Below are positions 23,532 to 37,070 of a stretch of 64,000 bases of DNA, one piece after another. The DNA comes from Felis catus. Lineage: Eukaryota. The position numbers were made by a program, and so were the translations under genes. Positions within the stretch are counted from its first letter, which is position 1; every line of letters begins with the position of its first letter. The notes under the pieces were generated by a model. It did not search any database, had not been told where the DNA came from, and worked only from the letters and a program-made list of their open reading frames with translations. Location: positions 114,144,001 to 114,208,000 of the forward strand of contig NC_058373.1 of NCBI RefSeq assembly GCF_018350175.1. The letters are read 5' to 3'.

Positions 23532-26529
23532 TCTTGAATTAGTTTCCAACATTAACATTTGGAAGATTTCATATAAGAATAGAGATTTAAGGTTTCTCTT
23601 TTGAACAAAACACAGAAAATCATGTCATTCCAGGCCCGCCTACCTATATGGCAGAAAGGGGCCGGGGCCTGTGTAGCAACTGCCTGCTCTAGATGGGGCA
23701 GAGCTCTTGGCATTTGCTACAGTTCCCACCTACCTCCCTTCCATCAGCCTGGTGACCTCTCTGGCCCCTGGGGGCATTTGAGTTTGTCACCTCTGATTTA
23801 AGTCCTTCATTAGATATGTCTTTTCTACGGAAAGCCACCATGCTGACACATTTAATGCGTTTTTGGCCTCTTCTCTCCAACTTCCCTCAGAGAGAACGGT
23901 TTTACTTTTTCATGAGCTAAGTGTAATTCCCTAAACTTCTGTATGGATAGATGCATATAATTTTGGCATCTTATTCCCTGACTTCTGAATCTTAGGGAAT
24001 CGTTAAAACAGCAGCTAGGAATGTTAAGAGAGCAATCTCTCGGCAGGGATCCCCCTTTCAGCAAGCCCTGCGAACTGGAAACCAAACGGAATGGATTTTC
24101 TCACTTGGACCCTGGCGAGGGAGGGAGATTTCTGATAACTGACAAAGAGCTTTTGTTCAGGTTTGCGTTGGATAAATCAGCTTGCCCCATTTCGTGGCCC
24201 CTTACTTTTTCCAGGTTCGTCTTCCCTTTCTGCCCCAGAAGGGCCCCTGCCCTTCCTGTCCCGTGCACCAGGGCCACAGGCCTGGGTGCCTTCGGGTCTC
24301 CAGCACGCTGCCTCTCCTCCACCCCGCCTCTCAGTCTGGAAAACAGCTTTGCAAGTTAACCTCCAGGGGCATTCACTGGTTTTCCAGCGGGGTCCCCAGC
24401 CCCACAGGCTGCCAAAATAGGCTCTTTACACTCCATAGATGGGAGAGAAAAATCTGCTTGTTCGGTTGCAACTGTCAAGCAAAGGACGTGCTGAGCTCAG
24501 ATAGAAATAGCAGCAGGGTCAGGGCAGGGCAAGGCCCCAGCATTTCATTAGCTCAGCCCGCTCAGGGTGATTAAATGCACACAGTGGCCCATGAATGGGG
24601 CCATGGAGGGCAGCCACACAGCGCAGCACAGAAAAATCATTCTTTGGCTGCTGTCAGCTGGCTGAATGGGACTTAATTATTGGGATAATGAGAACTGATT
24701 TTCATTGTTTTAATTTTGGGGAAGGGGTGAGAAAAGAAGGGACTTTTTCCCTCATCTGGGTGAAAGGATGCTAAACTATGGCCTCCACCAAGGCCCCACA
24801 TCCTCCAGGCTGCTGTTGGCTAAGCCTCCCGGGTTTGCTGTTTTCTATGGATGCAGTAAGAAAGGGTGTTAGGCTTGTGTTCTGTGTCCGTGTTTCCTTT
24901 AGGCCCTGTAATCCTGGCAGGATGTGTCTTCCTAGGAGCATGTCTGTGCTGGCATCTGTCCCCAGCAGCTGTCTCAAACTAACAAGGACGGAGAGAATCC
25001 ACCGGACAGATCTATCTGTTCCCAGCCCCTTCCAAGTGCTTCCAGGTCATGAGTGAATCCCATCTTGTTCCTTCTTTTGTTTTGTTTTAAATACAAGACC
25101 TAGTGAATTAAAACAATCTGCTCAGGTCAAACATAGACAAAGAATTCTGAGTTCCTAGCACTCATTTTGAAGCTCAAGATCTAGGTGCTATGGAAATACA
25201 TAAGGACACATTCCCCCTGCAAGAAAGTCAGCTGGGGAGACCCAGAACGATTAGAGAAATGCACAAGGGGGCCCTAACTGAAGGCAAAACTGGCTAACCA
25301 GAAGACGAAAGAGAGATTTGGAGTTTGCATTTTGGAGCGGTGAGGGAAGATTGATGAAGCCAATGGAAGCTTGCAAGGGCTCCAAGTTTGAATACAATTT
25401 CAACCAGAGCAAAGAGTGGAACTGGACGGTGTGTTTGAGAGGAGGAAACAGATAGACGTTACTGGAATGAAGAATCCACGTGAGGAGTATGGCCAGATGG
25501 TGCAGAGCTGCGAAAGCCAGAGCGTGCGTTTTTTCTTCCTAAGTCCATCTTTGTCCATAAAAAGTGCTTGTTGTCACTTTCATTCTGTTTTTACTCTTAT
25601 CCCTGCCCCCTGCTCCCTCCTGCCCAGCACTTTAAAGAGAAAAGACAGAAAGGCAGAGGGCCTGCCCTTCTTCTTGGAGCGCAGAGAAGGAAACTCCCTT
25701 TGGTTTTTTTTTTTTTTCAGGGCTTTTAGGTTTAGGTTTAAGACCTTTGCCGGCTCCTTCTCAAGGACTGCCCAGGCCACCTCCTCCCACAGACCCTCAC
25801 CCTTCCCAATTTAGTGTAGCCTCTTCTTTTCTTGCAGACTTTGAAAGGACCTGAGTTCAGTTCTTCAAATCTGGCAACTAGGTTCTTTGTACCATAAATG
25901 GCTAAGGGGGACTGGCTGTGATAGGTTAATGGCCTACCTGGCCCCTTTCCCAGGAGAAATGCCATAGTCCTTCCCAGAAGCCACATCCTATATGCACAGC
26001 CTTGATAGAACATATCTTCCCGTCAGAATCAATTAATCATGCCTGTCAACACTGGGAATGGCCTCTCTGGCTGAAACAGTGGCTACGACCCTCATGCTGG
26101 AAGAATCCTTTGCCTTGGAAACCCATGTAGGTCAGAGGGGAAAGTGGAGTCCGGGTGGCATGCAGTGTTTGTAGGGTATGTTTTCGCATCTCTGGAACGT
26201 ATTCTCGTGCTTTTATGTCATCCAACTAACTTTGCTCATCACAAAGCTATATTGTCAGCGCAAACCTTTGCGGCCTTGCTTGGACCTAACACCATTCATT
26301 TCAGAAAGAGAGGGCTGGAAGAGTGGAATTTGTAATAAAAGCTCTTAGTATTTATACATTTTGTCTGAGATCTTCAGGCACTTAAAAATGATTTGAAGTG
26401 GCCACTCTCCAACATGTCTTTTCTTTGCCAATCTGTTTTCCTCTTGGCAGCCTGGAGCATCTTTCTCGAAAACATACCAAATCCTGACTCTTCCTTTACT
26501 GAGACCTCCATTGGTTCTCTATTGTCTAC

Positions 26530-27390
26530 AGAAATAGTCCCCACACTTTTTTGATTGAACCCTCTAAAATTAAATGAATCTTGAATATGTACACCCAATG
26601 TATATTTATTTTTACATTATACACATGTATTTCTTTACTAATACATCATGTATTATAAAACATGCGCACAATTAAATTTTAGAAGGCTGAAATAAAGTTG
26701 AAATAAGCAATAGCCTAAAATATCTTGCTAATCATGATGGCTTCATTGTACTGTCATTAGCCAGGACCACAAAACGTGATCAATGTGTCAGGCAAAGTTC
26801 ATCATAAGTGATAGAGGATGTAAATCCATACGTCTGATAGTTCTCTTGGAATTTTCTAATTGAGGTTGGCTCTCTTTCTTGTTGCACCTGAACATTTGGT
26901 CATTCTTTTCAGCTAGAATATGACTGAAGACAACTCGTTCAAAGGGAAGTATAAATGCTACTCTTAGTATTTACCTATGCTTATACTATCTTTGATCTGT
27001 TGTTTCTTTGCAGGAATATTTTTAGTCCCCTTGTCCATTTTGTATATGTTAGGATGAACTAGATAATATCCATAATTCATAACATATAAACTGTAGTGGC
27101 TTATATTTTGTTAAAAGCCTGGAGAAGAATGAGGACTGAGGACACCACTGTTGAGCTCTCTGTACTGTGCAATGCCTAATCTTACCATAGGATGCTTTAT
27201 CTCATGAACCATCCGTGACCAGTAGCCATAGCCATGGATGGAATGTCAACGTATATATTAAATGTTATAAAGCCGAATTTCTTATTTCTTAGATAAAAAT
27301 AAAGTTAAAATTCTGATAATTTCTGCCTGAATCCTAATGGATTGTCTTGTGTAACTCTGGGGTGTGCATCCCATTTGGAAACCAAAAGTC
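26530..27390 (-). mobile_element. Charlie4-family hAT fossil
   Basis: Right end in reverse complement (TTTCCAAATGGGATGCACACCCCAG, ACAAGACAATCCATTAGG) and left-end AT-rich ACACCCAATGTATATTTAT segment resemble Charlie4 termini as recalled. Confidence 0.6.
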
Positions 27391-27665
27391 TACAGGATTA
27401 ATTTCAAACACAATCGCATTGATGGAAAGGGCCTTTCTCTGTCTAACCTCAGTCCATCTTCCCAGCCTCATCTCCCATTGTTCTCTGTCATGTACTATTG
27501 AGACTTTCCTTGCTTCTTAAACATGAAATATACTTTCATAACTCCATTCCTTTGTACTTACTTTTATAGCCAACCAAATGCCTTTCTCCTGTTCTCTGCT
27601 TGGCTAACTCCTCCTCAACTTTGAGGACCCAAGTTAAATCTTTAAAAGACCTGATACACTTAGAC

Positions 27666-27889
27666 CAGAGGTCAGCAAATTTTTTCTATAGAAGGCCAGA
27701 TAGAAAATATTTTAAGTTTTGCAGGCCATACTGTTTCTGTCACAGCTACTCAGTTTTGCTATTGTAGTACAAAAGTAGCCATAGACAATACATATGGAAA
27801 CGAATGTGGCTGTGTTCCAACAAAACAGTCTTTATAAAAATAGGTGGTGGACTGCATTTGGCCCTAGAGCTGTAGTTTACCAACCCCTG
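27666..27889. mobile_element. MER58A hAT-Charlie MITE, full length
   Basis: TIRs CAGAGGTCAGCAAA and TTTACCAACCCCTG; internal GGCCAGATAG, TGTGGCTGTGTTCCAA. Confidence 0.9.
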
Positions 27890-30039
27890 CCCTCAAAAGC
27901 TTGTCCTACTTGTAGCTTTTTTCCCCATGATTGTCTGTTTTAAAAGCACATCTCCCTCAAAGGACTAAATCCCTTGCAAGTCAAAGACTTATTCCTATTC
28001 CCTAGAAGCTAGAAGTCTGAGACCTAGAAACCACCAGTAAAGGCATATTATTGATTATCAAGAATTATCATGGTATTCTTGGTGGAAAAATGGAGAAAAA
28101 TTCTTCCATTGGATACAAGATTGAATGGCTTACTTCTATGTCTTATCTTAAGTAAAAGATTATATAAAAATCCTAATTAATGAGATTAAAGGATTCGGCT
28201 TGCATTAAAACTAGGCTTTCTATCAGGGCAATCAGTGTCCTGCTCACCTGACCACCCACATTCATGTTCTTATCACATTGTTTTTGCCCACAGCTTCAAT
28301 AGAATCTGGAGAATCACTATATTTTCAAGCACACAGCCACTGGTAAGGCCAAAACCTCCGTGTATTTACATGTTGTTTTATGGTTTACAAAACAAGTGGC
28401 ATAATTCCCATTTTGTAGATGAGGAAACTGGGGCATGTTAAATAACTTACCCAAAGAATGATATAGCTGGGACTTTGACCCTGGTGTTCTGATTCCAACC
28501 TAGACTCTTTCATTATACCAGGCAGCTCCTTAAGTAGTTACAACAAAATAGCACAGTGCAAAATTAGTTCAAAGAAGAAACTGATCCCATCTGAAATCCC
28601 AAAGAGAACTTGGGACATTGTATGTGAGAATTTCAATGGTAGTTTGTAGAGTTGGCCCAATAGAAATATAGACGTCTTGCCAACTTTGCACAAGATACAT
28701 AAATCTCACAATCAATTTAACTACCTTCATTTATCTTGGAAACACAAAAATTTAGACTATAACTTGGCTTGAATGAAGAGATTCACACCAAGCCTGCAAT
28801 TCTGCTGCTCTTGTAAAGTGTTTCACGAACCCCAGTGTGAAGACCTTACTATTTTGTTTGACTGTGAAGGTAGTCTGTACATACTTGCCACTAGTGGAAG
28901 GTTAATACTGACTCAGAAGCAAGAGGACCACTGACTGAATCACCACCACTTACTATAGTCCTCTGCTCTGTATTCCTTGGAAACTTCTTGCCTCAGTTTG
29001 GGCTTGACCCAACCCACTTAGAGGGAGAGAGAGCAGTTTTACAGCCCTGCATGGAATGACTCCAAGCCAATCGTATCTATTTCCAAATGATCTGACGCAG
29101 CAAGTGGATCATATTTCCTTTGGAGGCTTGGCTGAGGACAGTTGGGTTGGTGACATTGAGCCAGAGTGAATAAAATAAGGCTGTGAAGAAAAATCTGAAA
29201 TGGTCTCTAAGGAGATAGGACTAATGAAATGCTCAGGTCAGGAGTGAGGTGCTTTCTGGAGAGATTGAAAAAAAAAAAAAAAAAAGAAAGGAGGACAAGG
29301 TGACCATGTGTGAAATTCAAACGAATCAACGGTGATTTGAGAAAGCCAGGCAGATTGGCACATGCCCAGTACCTTTCTGAGAGCAGGCACTAAGCCTAAA
29401 ATAATTCACAAAATCTACCTCTCATTTTTATTCTTACCTTTATTTAGATTTTTTTATTGAAAATTTTTATGGTTGGTTCCCTGTCCACTTTCTCCCTATC
29501 CTGCCAAATGTATTTGCCAAAGACCAACAGACCCCTATGTTCAATTATTCTGGCCTTAGGGAATAATGTTTAAGGAGTTCCAAGAACAGGATGTGGGAAC
29601 AGCAGAGAAGTTAGGTTTCATTTAAGGTCCTTGGAAAGAAGCAAGTACGCTAGGTTGCTAAGATAGAAATGGAGCTAGTTCTTAACAGATCCTGTGAAAG
29701 GATAAGCTGAGCCCTAGAACCAACTCTCAATCAGGGGAGTTTCTGTTCTCATGGATACAGGCAGATCTTCTGAGTGCCATGGGCATGCATTTGCTTCATT
29801 GTTCCCTGCTTTGATTGTGCAAAAATATTTTCAAAGCAAAGGCATAGTGACAAAGTTGGGCTCTTTGAGGCTGTTCCTTGAGCAAGAGGAAGTGTGTACC
29901 TTTGGCTGTCCACTTGGCAATGATATCTTCATACTACTTCTTTCCACCCAACTATTTTGGCCACTGGAGTTATTTTAGCAGAAAACAGTCTAAGAAGGAC
30001 ACCAGTCACTTCCCTTTTCTTCATGTTCTTCATATCAAC

Positions 30040-31350
30040 TCACCTGGCATGTTTCAGGCATCTGCTGTGTGCCAGGCCTTTTTTTCAGAATGGAACAAGA
30101 TTGTCCTTGCCCTCTTGCCTTAACAGTCTACCCGGAGAGACCATCAAGTAGTCTAGGTACCTGGGGGCAGAAATAGTCTGAGAAACACGATGGAGACTCA
30201 GGGGAAGGAGCCCTTGTAAAGCAGTGTCACCAAAGAGCGGACGTGAGAAAGGGGAGAGGGCATGACTATAAAGGGAACTCTGCCCATCACTCATTCTTCC
30301 ACACATTGATTCCCCATTTATTACCTGCTTATTATCTGCCAGGAACAAGGGGCTGGGAATTCAAAGATGAATAGGACACGAGGCATGGGTTAGAGGGGAG
30401 GGGGAATAAAAGTGGAGCTGAAAAACAGATTGGGCCAGATTGGCAAGGGCCTTGCGTGCCACGCTGAGTCTGAACCTTGTTCTGTACACAATGAGGAGCC
30501 TTTGAAGGTCTTTGTGTGGGTGGTGGCACAGATTTCCACCCCACCCCATTATTTCCAACCTCAGGCCCTGATTTGTTTGTCTCATAGCACTTACTACAAT
30601 TTAGAAGTATTTTATTCACTTGTCTGGTTTCTGCTTGTTTCCTGTCTGGCTCCCCAACTGGGACATGTGTCCCATGAGGACAGAGATCCTACTGGTCATA
30701 CTTACCGTTGTATGCCTGGTCCTGGGCACAATTTACCAAATATCAGAAATATTTACCAAATCAGATCTGTATTCAGAGGATTGTCTCCTATTTGTAGAGT
30801 GGAGGGCATCTGAGGCTGGGTGATCCTGTAAGGATTGTAGTGACAAAGAGATGCTGGGAACCTAATCTGGGGCACTGATGGCATAGATGGAAGGGGGAAA
30901 GATTTAAAGGACTCATCAGAGTTAACACTGACAGGCCTGGATGAGGGAGAGGGAAGGGTCAGAGGGGCCTCTAAGGTTTCCATTGGGATGTCTGAGTGGC
31001 TGGTGATACCATTGAGAGAGAAAGGATAGGGGAGGAACCCGAGGAGGGGCTTGTCATGGGAAGCAGGAGGGCGTAGATAATGAGATCAGTTTTGGACATG
31101 TGCGATTTGAGACAACTGTAGAATGTCCAACTGGAGATGTTGCGGTCAGAAATATATGTGAGCAATTCAGGAGATGGCTGGGGCTGAGGTCACAGGTTTT
31201 TGGTAATAAATGAAGTCAGCAAAGAGTAAGGTCACTCAAGGAGAACAGAGTTCGAAGAGACAACAGAAGTCCAAACCTGGAGGAAACACAATTTAATGGG
31301 AGACTATGAAAAAGAAGCCATGGGAAAGACAGAAGGGGAGGTCCAAGAAG
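30040..31350. mobile_element. Cluster of L2 fragments in both orientations
   Basis: GATAATGAGATCAGTTTTGGACATGTGCGATTTGAGA, TCCAACTGGAGATGT (-); CATAGCACTTACTAC, CCCATGAGGACAGAGA (+). Confidence 0.7.
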
Positions 31351-34300
31351 TAGGAGGAGAAGAGAGGGGGACTTCTGGCCACTGTTGAGAAAGACCAGCC
31401 CCATCTAGGTCAGAGCAATGAAAATGGGAGCTGCCATCCTGGGTGACTAATATTGCCCCTTCCTTACCATGTCAGTGGTAAAGGGAAGCTCTTAGAAATT
31501 CTGGGTCACTGAGAACAGAAACACATCTGTGCAGTTTACCAGGATTTTCACCATCTAAGAGACCCTGGGGGTGGGGTCAGATTTAGTCATGTGCTGAGTG
31601 GTGTGCCTATTTGAGAATGTTATCAGCTTGGAAACATTTTTTGAGTGGGCAGCCACAACTCAAACCCTGGCAAACCCTTCCTCTTATCACCTCCTACCAA
31701 AAATGGCTCATAAGGACTAGGCAGTTGCTTAACAAATGGCCCCCACTGTGGGTCTGGGTTCAGGTTCCAGCAGGGTTATTGCAAATGGCAGCTGGTTCCA
31801 GATTTCTCAAGGAAGAGGCTTTCCTCTGGGAGCTGGTTCACATGTTAGTGCTGATCTTAACCTTCCCTCAATCCTAACCTCTTTTTCTTAGCATTCCCTG
31901 ACACATCCAAAACTGTTTCTACAGACACCTCATTTTCCCTTCTTTCATGCCACCTATGTACTACTACCTTCTACTTCCTGCCCTCTAGCACTAACCAGTG
32001 ATTTCCACACTTATTTTAGGCTCTGAAAATGTTGCAGAAATGAAATGAGAATGTAAAGAGAAGCCCAGGACACAAAACAGACCAAAGAGGATATGCTCTA
32101 GCTAAAGGGAAGAATGTAGGGGTCTAGCAATCCTGTCACTCAGAGTCCCAGCATTCCAGGGGATCTGCGGTGAGTCTCTGATGCAGGAGAATCCACACTG
32201 ATCTGAAAGTCTTCCCAGGCCTCTGTTGTCTTCCCGTGTCTTCCCAGGTCTCTGTTGTATTTGGGTCTGGAGAGAGCGTCTGCAGGTCATGAGTCACTCT
32301 CTTTTCCTGGGCATTTTCCCTTCCAGGGAAAGAACAGGCCAGGCTGGTGCAGAGTGTTGGAACACCACTACACAGAACATGTTCCCACCATTCCCACCTT
32401 GGTCTCTACCAGAGCTGCATGGCCCAGGTTCTTGGGCCTTCTCTATGAATGGAGTCATTTAATCTATGTGGGTTGACCACAGATTCCCTGGAAAAGGCTG
32501 TTTGGGAAGAGGACTCACAGACATGGCTGTCCCACTGTAAGCAAGACCCCAGCGATCCTGTCTTTGAGAGGCAGAAGGAGGAAAAGGAGATTTGTAAAGT
32601 CAGCATCATGTCCTCAAATTCTCTCTCTCTGTCTCTCTCTTTGTCAATTGCTCTATCTCCCACCTTCTTTTGGGTTTGGTGCTGGGTGAATCCTGTCAGT
32701 CCCCCAGCCAGGGACCGCCTGTTCTCCCCTCTGGGGCACGCACCCTGCTGCCCAACCCAGCCCGGCCCAGCCCTGCTGCATACTTCCACTCAGATCGTGC
32801 GTCACAGCTATTCATCTTGTTTAGTGCTCGGCTTGGCTGCAGATGCTGTAAATATGGTAATTTTAGACTCCCTGATTGGAAAGCGTTGTGGGTCAGGGAG
32901 GAGAGCAATTTGGTTTACTCTTGGAGAGCTGGTTCCAAGCTGGCTCTGCCACTCTCTGTGCACCCCTCTTCACCAAGCTGTGGCCCATCAGGGCCCCCCC
33001 ACCTTTGTGTTCAGTCCCGATTTCTCTGAGCCTAGAGAGGAGTAGGATAGATCGGATGTATCTGGGCCCTTGGCCTGGAGAATTGCGGGTTAGCACTGAG
33101 AGCATGGAGGCTGAGGGGCCAGAGTGAGGCCAGTGACTCATGGGGTGGGGGTCCTGACCCTGGCAAGACAATGCCGAGGGCGGGCTGCCTGGAGATTAGA
33201 CCCCCACCCAGGGCCGTGTGTTCGGGGGCACACTGAGGATGAAGTGGGGGCTTCCAGAGGCCCCTGACCCCTCCTGAGCTCTCTCCCTTTTCCGTTCTTT
33301 CCCTCCTGACCTCCCCCTGTGGGGGGCTGTCACTCCCAAGGGCCTTAGGCAGCAGCTCCCAGGGTTGTCAGCTAATCCCTCCTCCCATCCCTTCGGGGCT
33401 TAAAGGCATAATTTGCATTTGATTACAGGACCCCTGAACTGGGTTGGAGATTCAAATCCCTAGGGCGAGACTTGAGGCTGACAATTTCCAGCACCATGAA
33501 TCAGTGGGAGCTGAGAGTCTTGAGCCCAGGGCCATGTCAGGTTCTGCAAAAGCCACTAGATATGCTTCCAGCTGTCTGTTCGCCCTCCTCAGCAGGACAA
33601 TCCTAATTCCAAGGCTCTGAGTTGGACTTGGAAAGGTCTTGGTTTTTGTGTCTCTGTCTATAAGTCATAGAATGTTTGAACCCAGGAGCCTGCTCAGATT
33701 TCTTTGAGTCTAACCTGATGAGAAGTGATTTGTGCCAAATCACAGGGCCAGGTAACCACAGGATTGTTAGCTCACATCTGGTGCTTAGGCCAGGCGCTGG
33801 ATGTACTTGTATAGAAGGCTCTAGAAGAAAGAAAAAAAAGTCTGCTAGGTATTTCTTTGTTACTGATTCCTGGGGGGACACCATGGCACAATCCTTGTGC
33901 TATCGCATGATGTTTGGTCACCTCCAGCGACAGGAAACTTGCCTCTATAAGTCAGTCTATGAAAACACTGGTCCGCTCTGTTGTGTCATAGTTCTTTACT
34001 GCTGCAAGCTGTTTGTGCTAAAAATGTCTTGTAGCCAAACTGCACCATTTTGGACTGATTTTGGTTATGGTTTAAAGAAGCTCAGGCATCAAGCATCCCC
34101 AACAAGATGATCTTACTGCTCTCCATCCTATAGAATAAATCAGAATCACAGCTAAAATAGTCTTCCCTAGAGAGGTATGGCTTGGTCTACTTTGAAAAAA
34201 AGATGGGCCTTGTGTTTAAACACCATTTTGCCTGTTGAAATGCAAATGGTTGGAGTACTTGGAAACCGTTTGTTTTTTAGTGGATTCACAATTCCCCCCT

Positions 34301-35851
34301 GAAAAAAAAAAAAGAAAAAAAAAAACCAACTGTTCTACAGAATTTACTAAGCACACTCTTCCTTCACATGCAGCATGGGATTTTATATCAGCCATCCCTG
34401 GTGGGTCAGAAGTCTGAAAGCTTTGCTGTACCCAATCCATCAACCCCAGCAGTGATCTGTTTTCTAGAGACGCAAGGGTGGGAGGGTGGGGGTTGGTACA
34501 GGCTTTCTGGGGAGATTTGAAAATAACAGCACATTGGTGAGGGAAGGAGTTGCTTCCAATATTTTCAAAAATAGTTAAGGAGGAAGTATTTATAACCATG
34601 AGGACTGGCCAGTAGAGAACACTGACAATCTGGTGGAGGCTGAGGAAAGAGAGGCAGGAGAGCATGGAGGTGGCTCAAGACCGGAGTTTAAAAATGTCTT
34701 TATAAAATTCCCGTTATCTCCCAGGCAATCATTTTTGACAGCATCCCCCACCACCCACCAGACCTGGTAAAGAAACCTTCACAGGGCTCCCCACCCATCC
34801 CCTGGGTTCAAATCACAGCTCTGTCATTCACTACATAGACGATGATTTCAGGCAAGTGAACATCCTCTGAACCTTACTGTCCTCCATGAAATGGAACTAA
34901 TGGGAACACTCACTGGTTTGTTACGAAGATGAATCCAGGTGGGAGAAGTCCCCTACGCGTGGCCTCGGCACAAGTCTGCTATCTCCCCTCCACTTCCATG
35001 CCATCCTGTGCTCCACCCCAGATTACTGGTCCCAGATTACTGGTCCTGCCTGTCACTTCTCTGCCTCTGCTCCCCTGCCAACAAATTAAATACTCTGCCA
35101 GGCTCTGGCCCGGTAGTCAGCACCCCCATGCCCTGGCTCCGGGTGACCTTCCCAGGCACATGCCTTATCCCTCATACGTATGAGGCCAAAGGAGCACACT
35201 TACCACCTGGCAGAGTGCTTAGAGAGTACCTGGCATGTGGTAAGCACTCAGTTCTTACTATGATTTTATAATCTGTCTTTTGCTTACGCCACTTCTCCCC
35301 TCCCTCTCATTCTGGCTGGACTCCAACGCCCCCAGCCGCCACCACCTTCATAAGATGTACCTGCCTCTGGTCTCCTGTAACAGTCTGATGTGAGCCACAT
35401 TCATATACCTGATGCGCTTAACAATATTTATGTCCCAGGTTTATCTCTTTTTCCAGAAGGAAAACACGTCCAGGTCAAGGGCTTTCTCTCACACTTATTT
35501 ATAAGCCCTCAGCACCTAGCACAGTGTAGTGTACACAGTAAGTTCTTATACTAGACTGTGATGGCCTTAACAATGATAATGGCTCTACTTTATTAAGCGA
35601 ATGTGCAGGTTACTGGGGACTTCTCCCACCTGGATTCATCTTCGTAACAAACCAGTGAGTGTTCCCATTAGTTCCATTTCTTGGAGGACAGTGAGGTTCA
35701 GAGGATGTTCACTTGCCCGAAATCATTGTCTATGTAGTGAATGACAGAGCTGTGATTTGAACCTAGGTTGGTCCATTCTAGAACTTGAACTTGAACTTCT
35801 ACAGGCTCCCTTATACTCTCATGAAGACAGGGACTGCGTCTTTCCCTAAGA

Positions 35852-36001
35852 CAAGGTTGCAAATTGGCAACCAGAGGACCAAATCTGGCCCACAGATGTG
35901 TTTTGTTTGGCCCACACAGTGTTTTTTAAAAATCGGGAGATTTTACATCATCATCTACATTTCTGGCTCCACTGGAAAACCTGGGAGATCTGGTCACCCT
36001 G
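35852..36001. mobile_element. MER102-like hAT MITE
   Basis: CAAGGTTGCAAATTGGC, AAATCTGGCCCACAGATGTGTTTTGTTTGGCCCACACAGTG, GAGATCTGGTCACCCTG. Confidence 0.7.
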
Positions 36002-36089
36002 AATACTAGCATGACAAGGCTGAGAATCAGCCGTGCCCTCCTTTCTCTCTGGCCCTTCCAGGCATTGCCTGCCTCAACTTTTCAGTTCA

Positions 36090-36290
36090 GTGTTTCTCCC
36101 CCAGGGTGGTGGCATGAGACGAAGGTCCATTCTTGGTTACGTACGACTGTCCCAGATAGTGTAGAATGTTTAGCAATCCTGGCCCTCACCCACTAAATCA
36201 GTAGCACTTTCCTCCAATCATCTGGATGATCCTGATCACCTCCAAATGTTTCCAAAGCCCCCGGTGTAAGGCACTTGCAGATCACCCCTT
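36090..36290. mobile_element. MER20-like fragment
   Basis: CTGTCCCAGATAGTGTAGAATGTTTAGCA, CCTGGCCCTCACCCACTAAAT. Confidence 0.55.
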
Positions 36291-36704
36291 GTATCACCAG
36301 TGATGGCACACAGTAGGGCCTCAGGTAAATAGATTAAACAGACTTACAATGAAATATCCACACTGAATCCTTCCCCATATCAAAGGTTCCCATGAAAACA
36401 GAGGCAGAAAAACGGAATAACCATAGCATTTAAAAAATAAATTATCTGAAGATAATTTAACACATTCCTCTAAACACCTGTCCAACAATGGGGAAAAAAA
36501 TTAGTAATAACACATTTCCATTGAGGCACCTCCATTCTGCATGCCTCAGCTCCCGCTGTAATGTTAATTGGTTATGGTTTTCTTCTAGGCCTTACATGGA
36601 ACGAGAGTTACTGTCCAGCTGTCAACCAGACCCCACCCGGGAAAGTCTCCATTTAAAGGGAAAAGAACTGAATCACCCACAGCTTTTACAGAGAGGTGTT
36701 AATA

Positions 36705-37070
36705 ATATTTTTGCTTTCCGTTCTAATTATAAAAATACTGCGTGCTTACGGTAGACATTTCAGAATATAGTAAAATACTAAAAGTAAAAATCACTCATAA
36801 TTTCATTGCCTGAAGATAATCATTGTTTATATTTTTGTATATTTCCCTCCAGTCTTTTTTTTTTTCCATATGCACGTGTAATTTGTGTTTATTGTTGCCA
36901 GTTTTATTTGGCTTTTAGCAAAATTGAGACACACCGTTTACAGTTTTCCTTGCCATCTCATGGCTGTACCCATTATCAGTTTAATCAATCCCCATTTGTT
37001 GGACAAAGAGTTGCTTCTCAGTTTTTATAGTAAATAATATAGCAATCAGCTTCCTTGTTCCTAAGTTCTA
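36705..37070 (-). mobile_element. L1ME-type 3' fragments
   Basis: AAAAGTAAAAATCACTCATAATT and TTTAATCAATCCCCATTTGTTGGACA. Confidence 0.6.

Noticed and set aside
32449..33045. Longest ORF (198 aa)
   Set aside because: No recognisable domain, spans a (CT)n tract, and overlaps other chance ORFs in GC-richer DNA.
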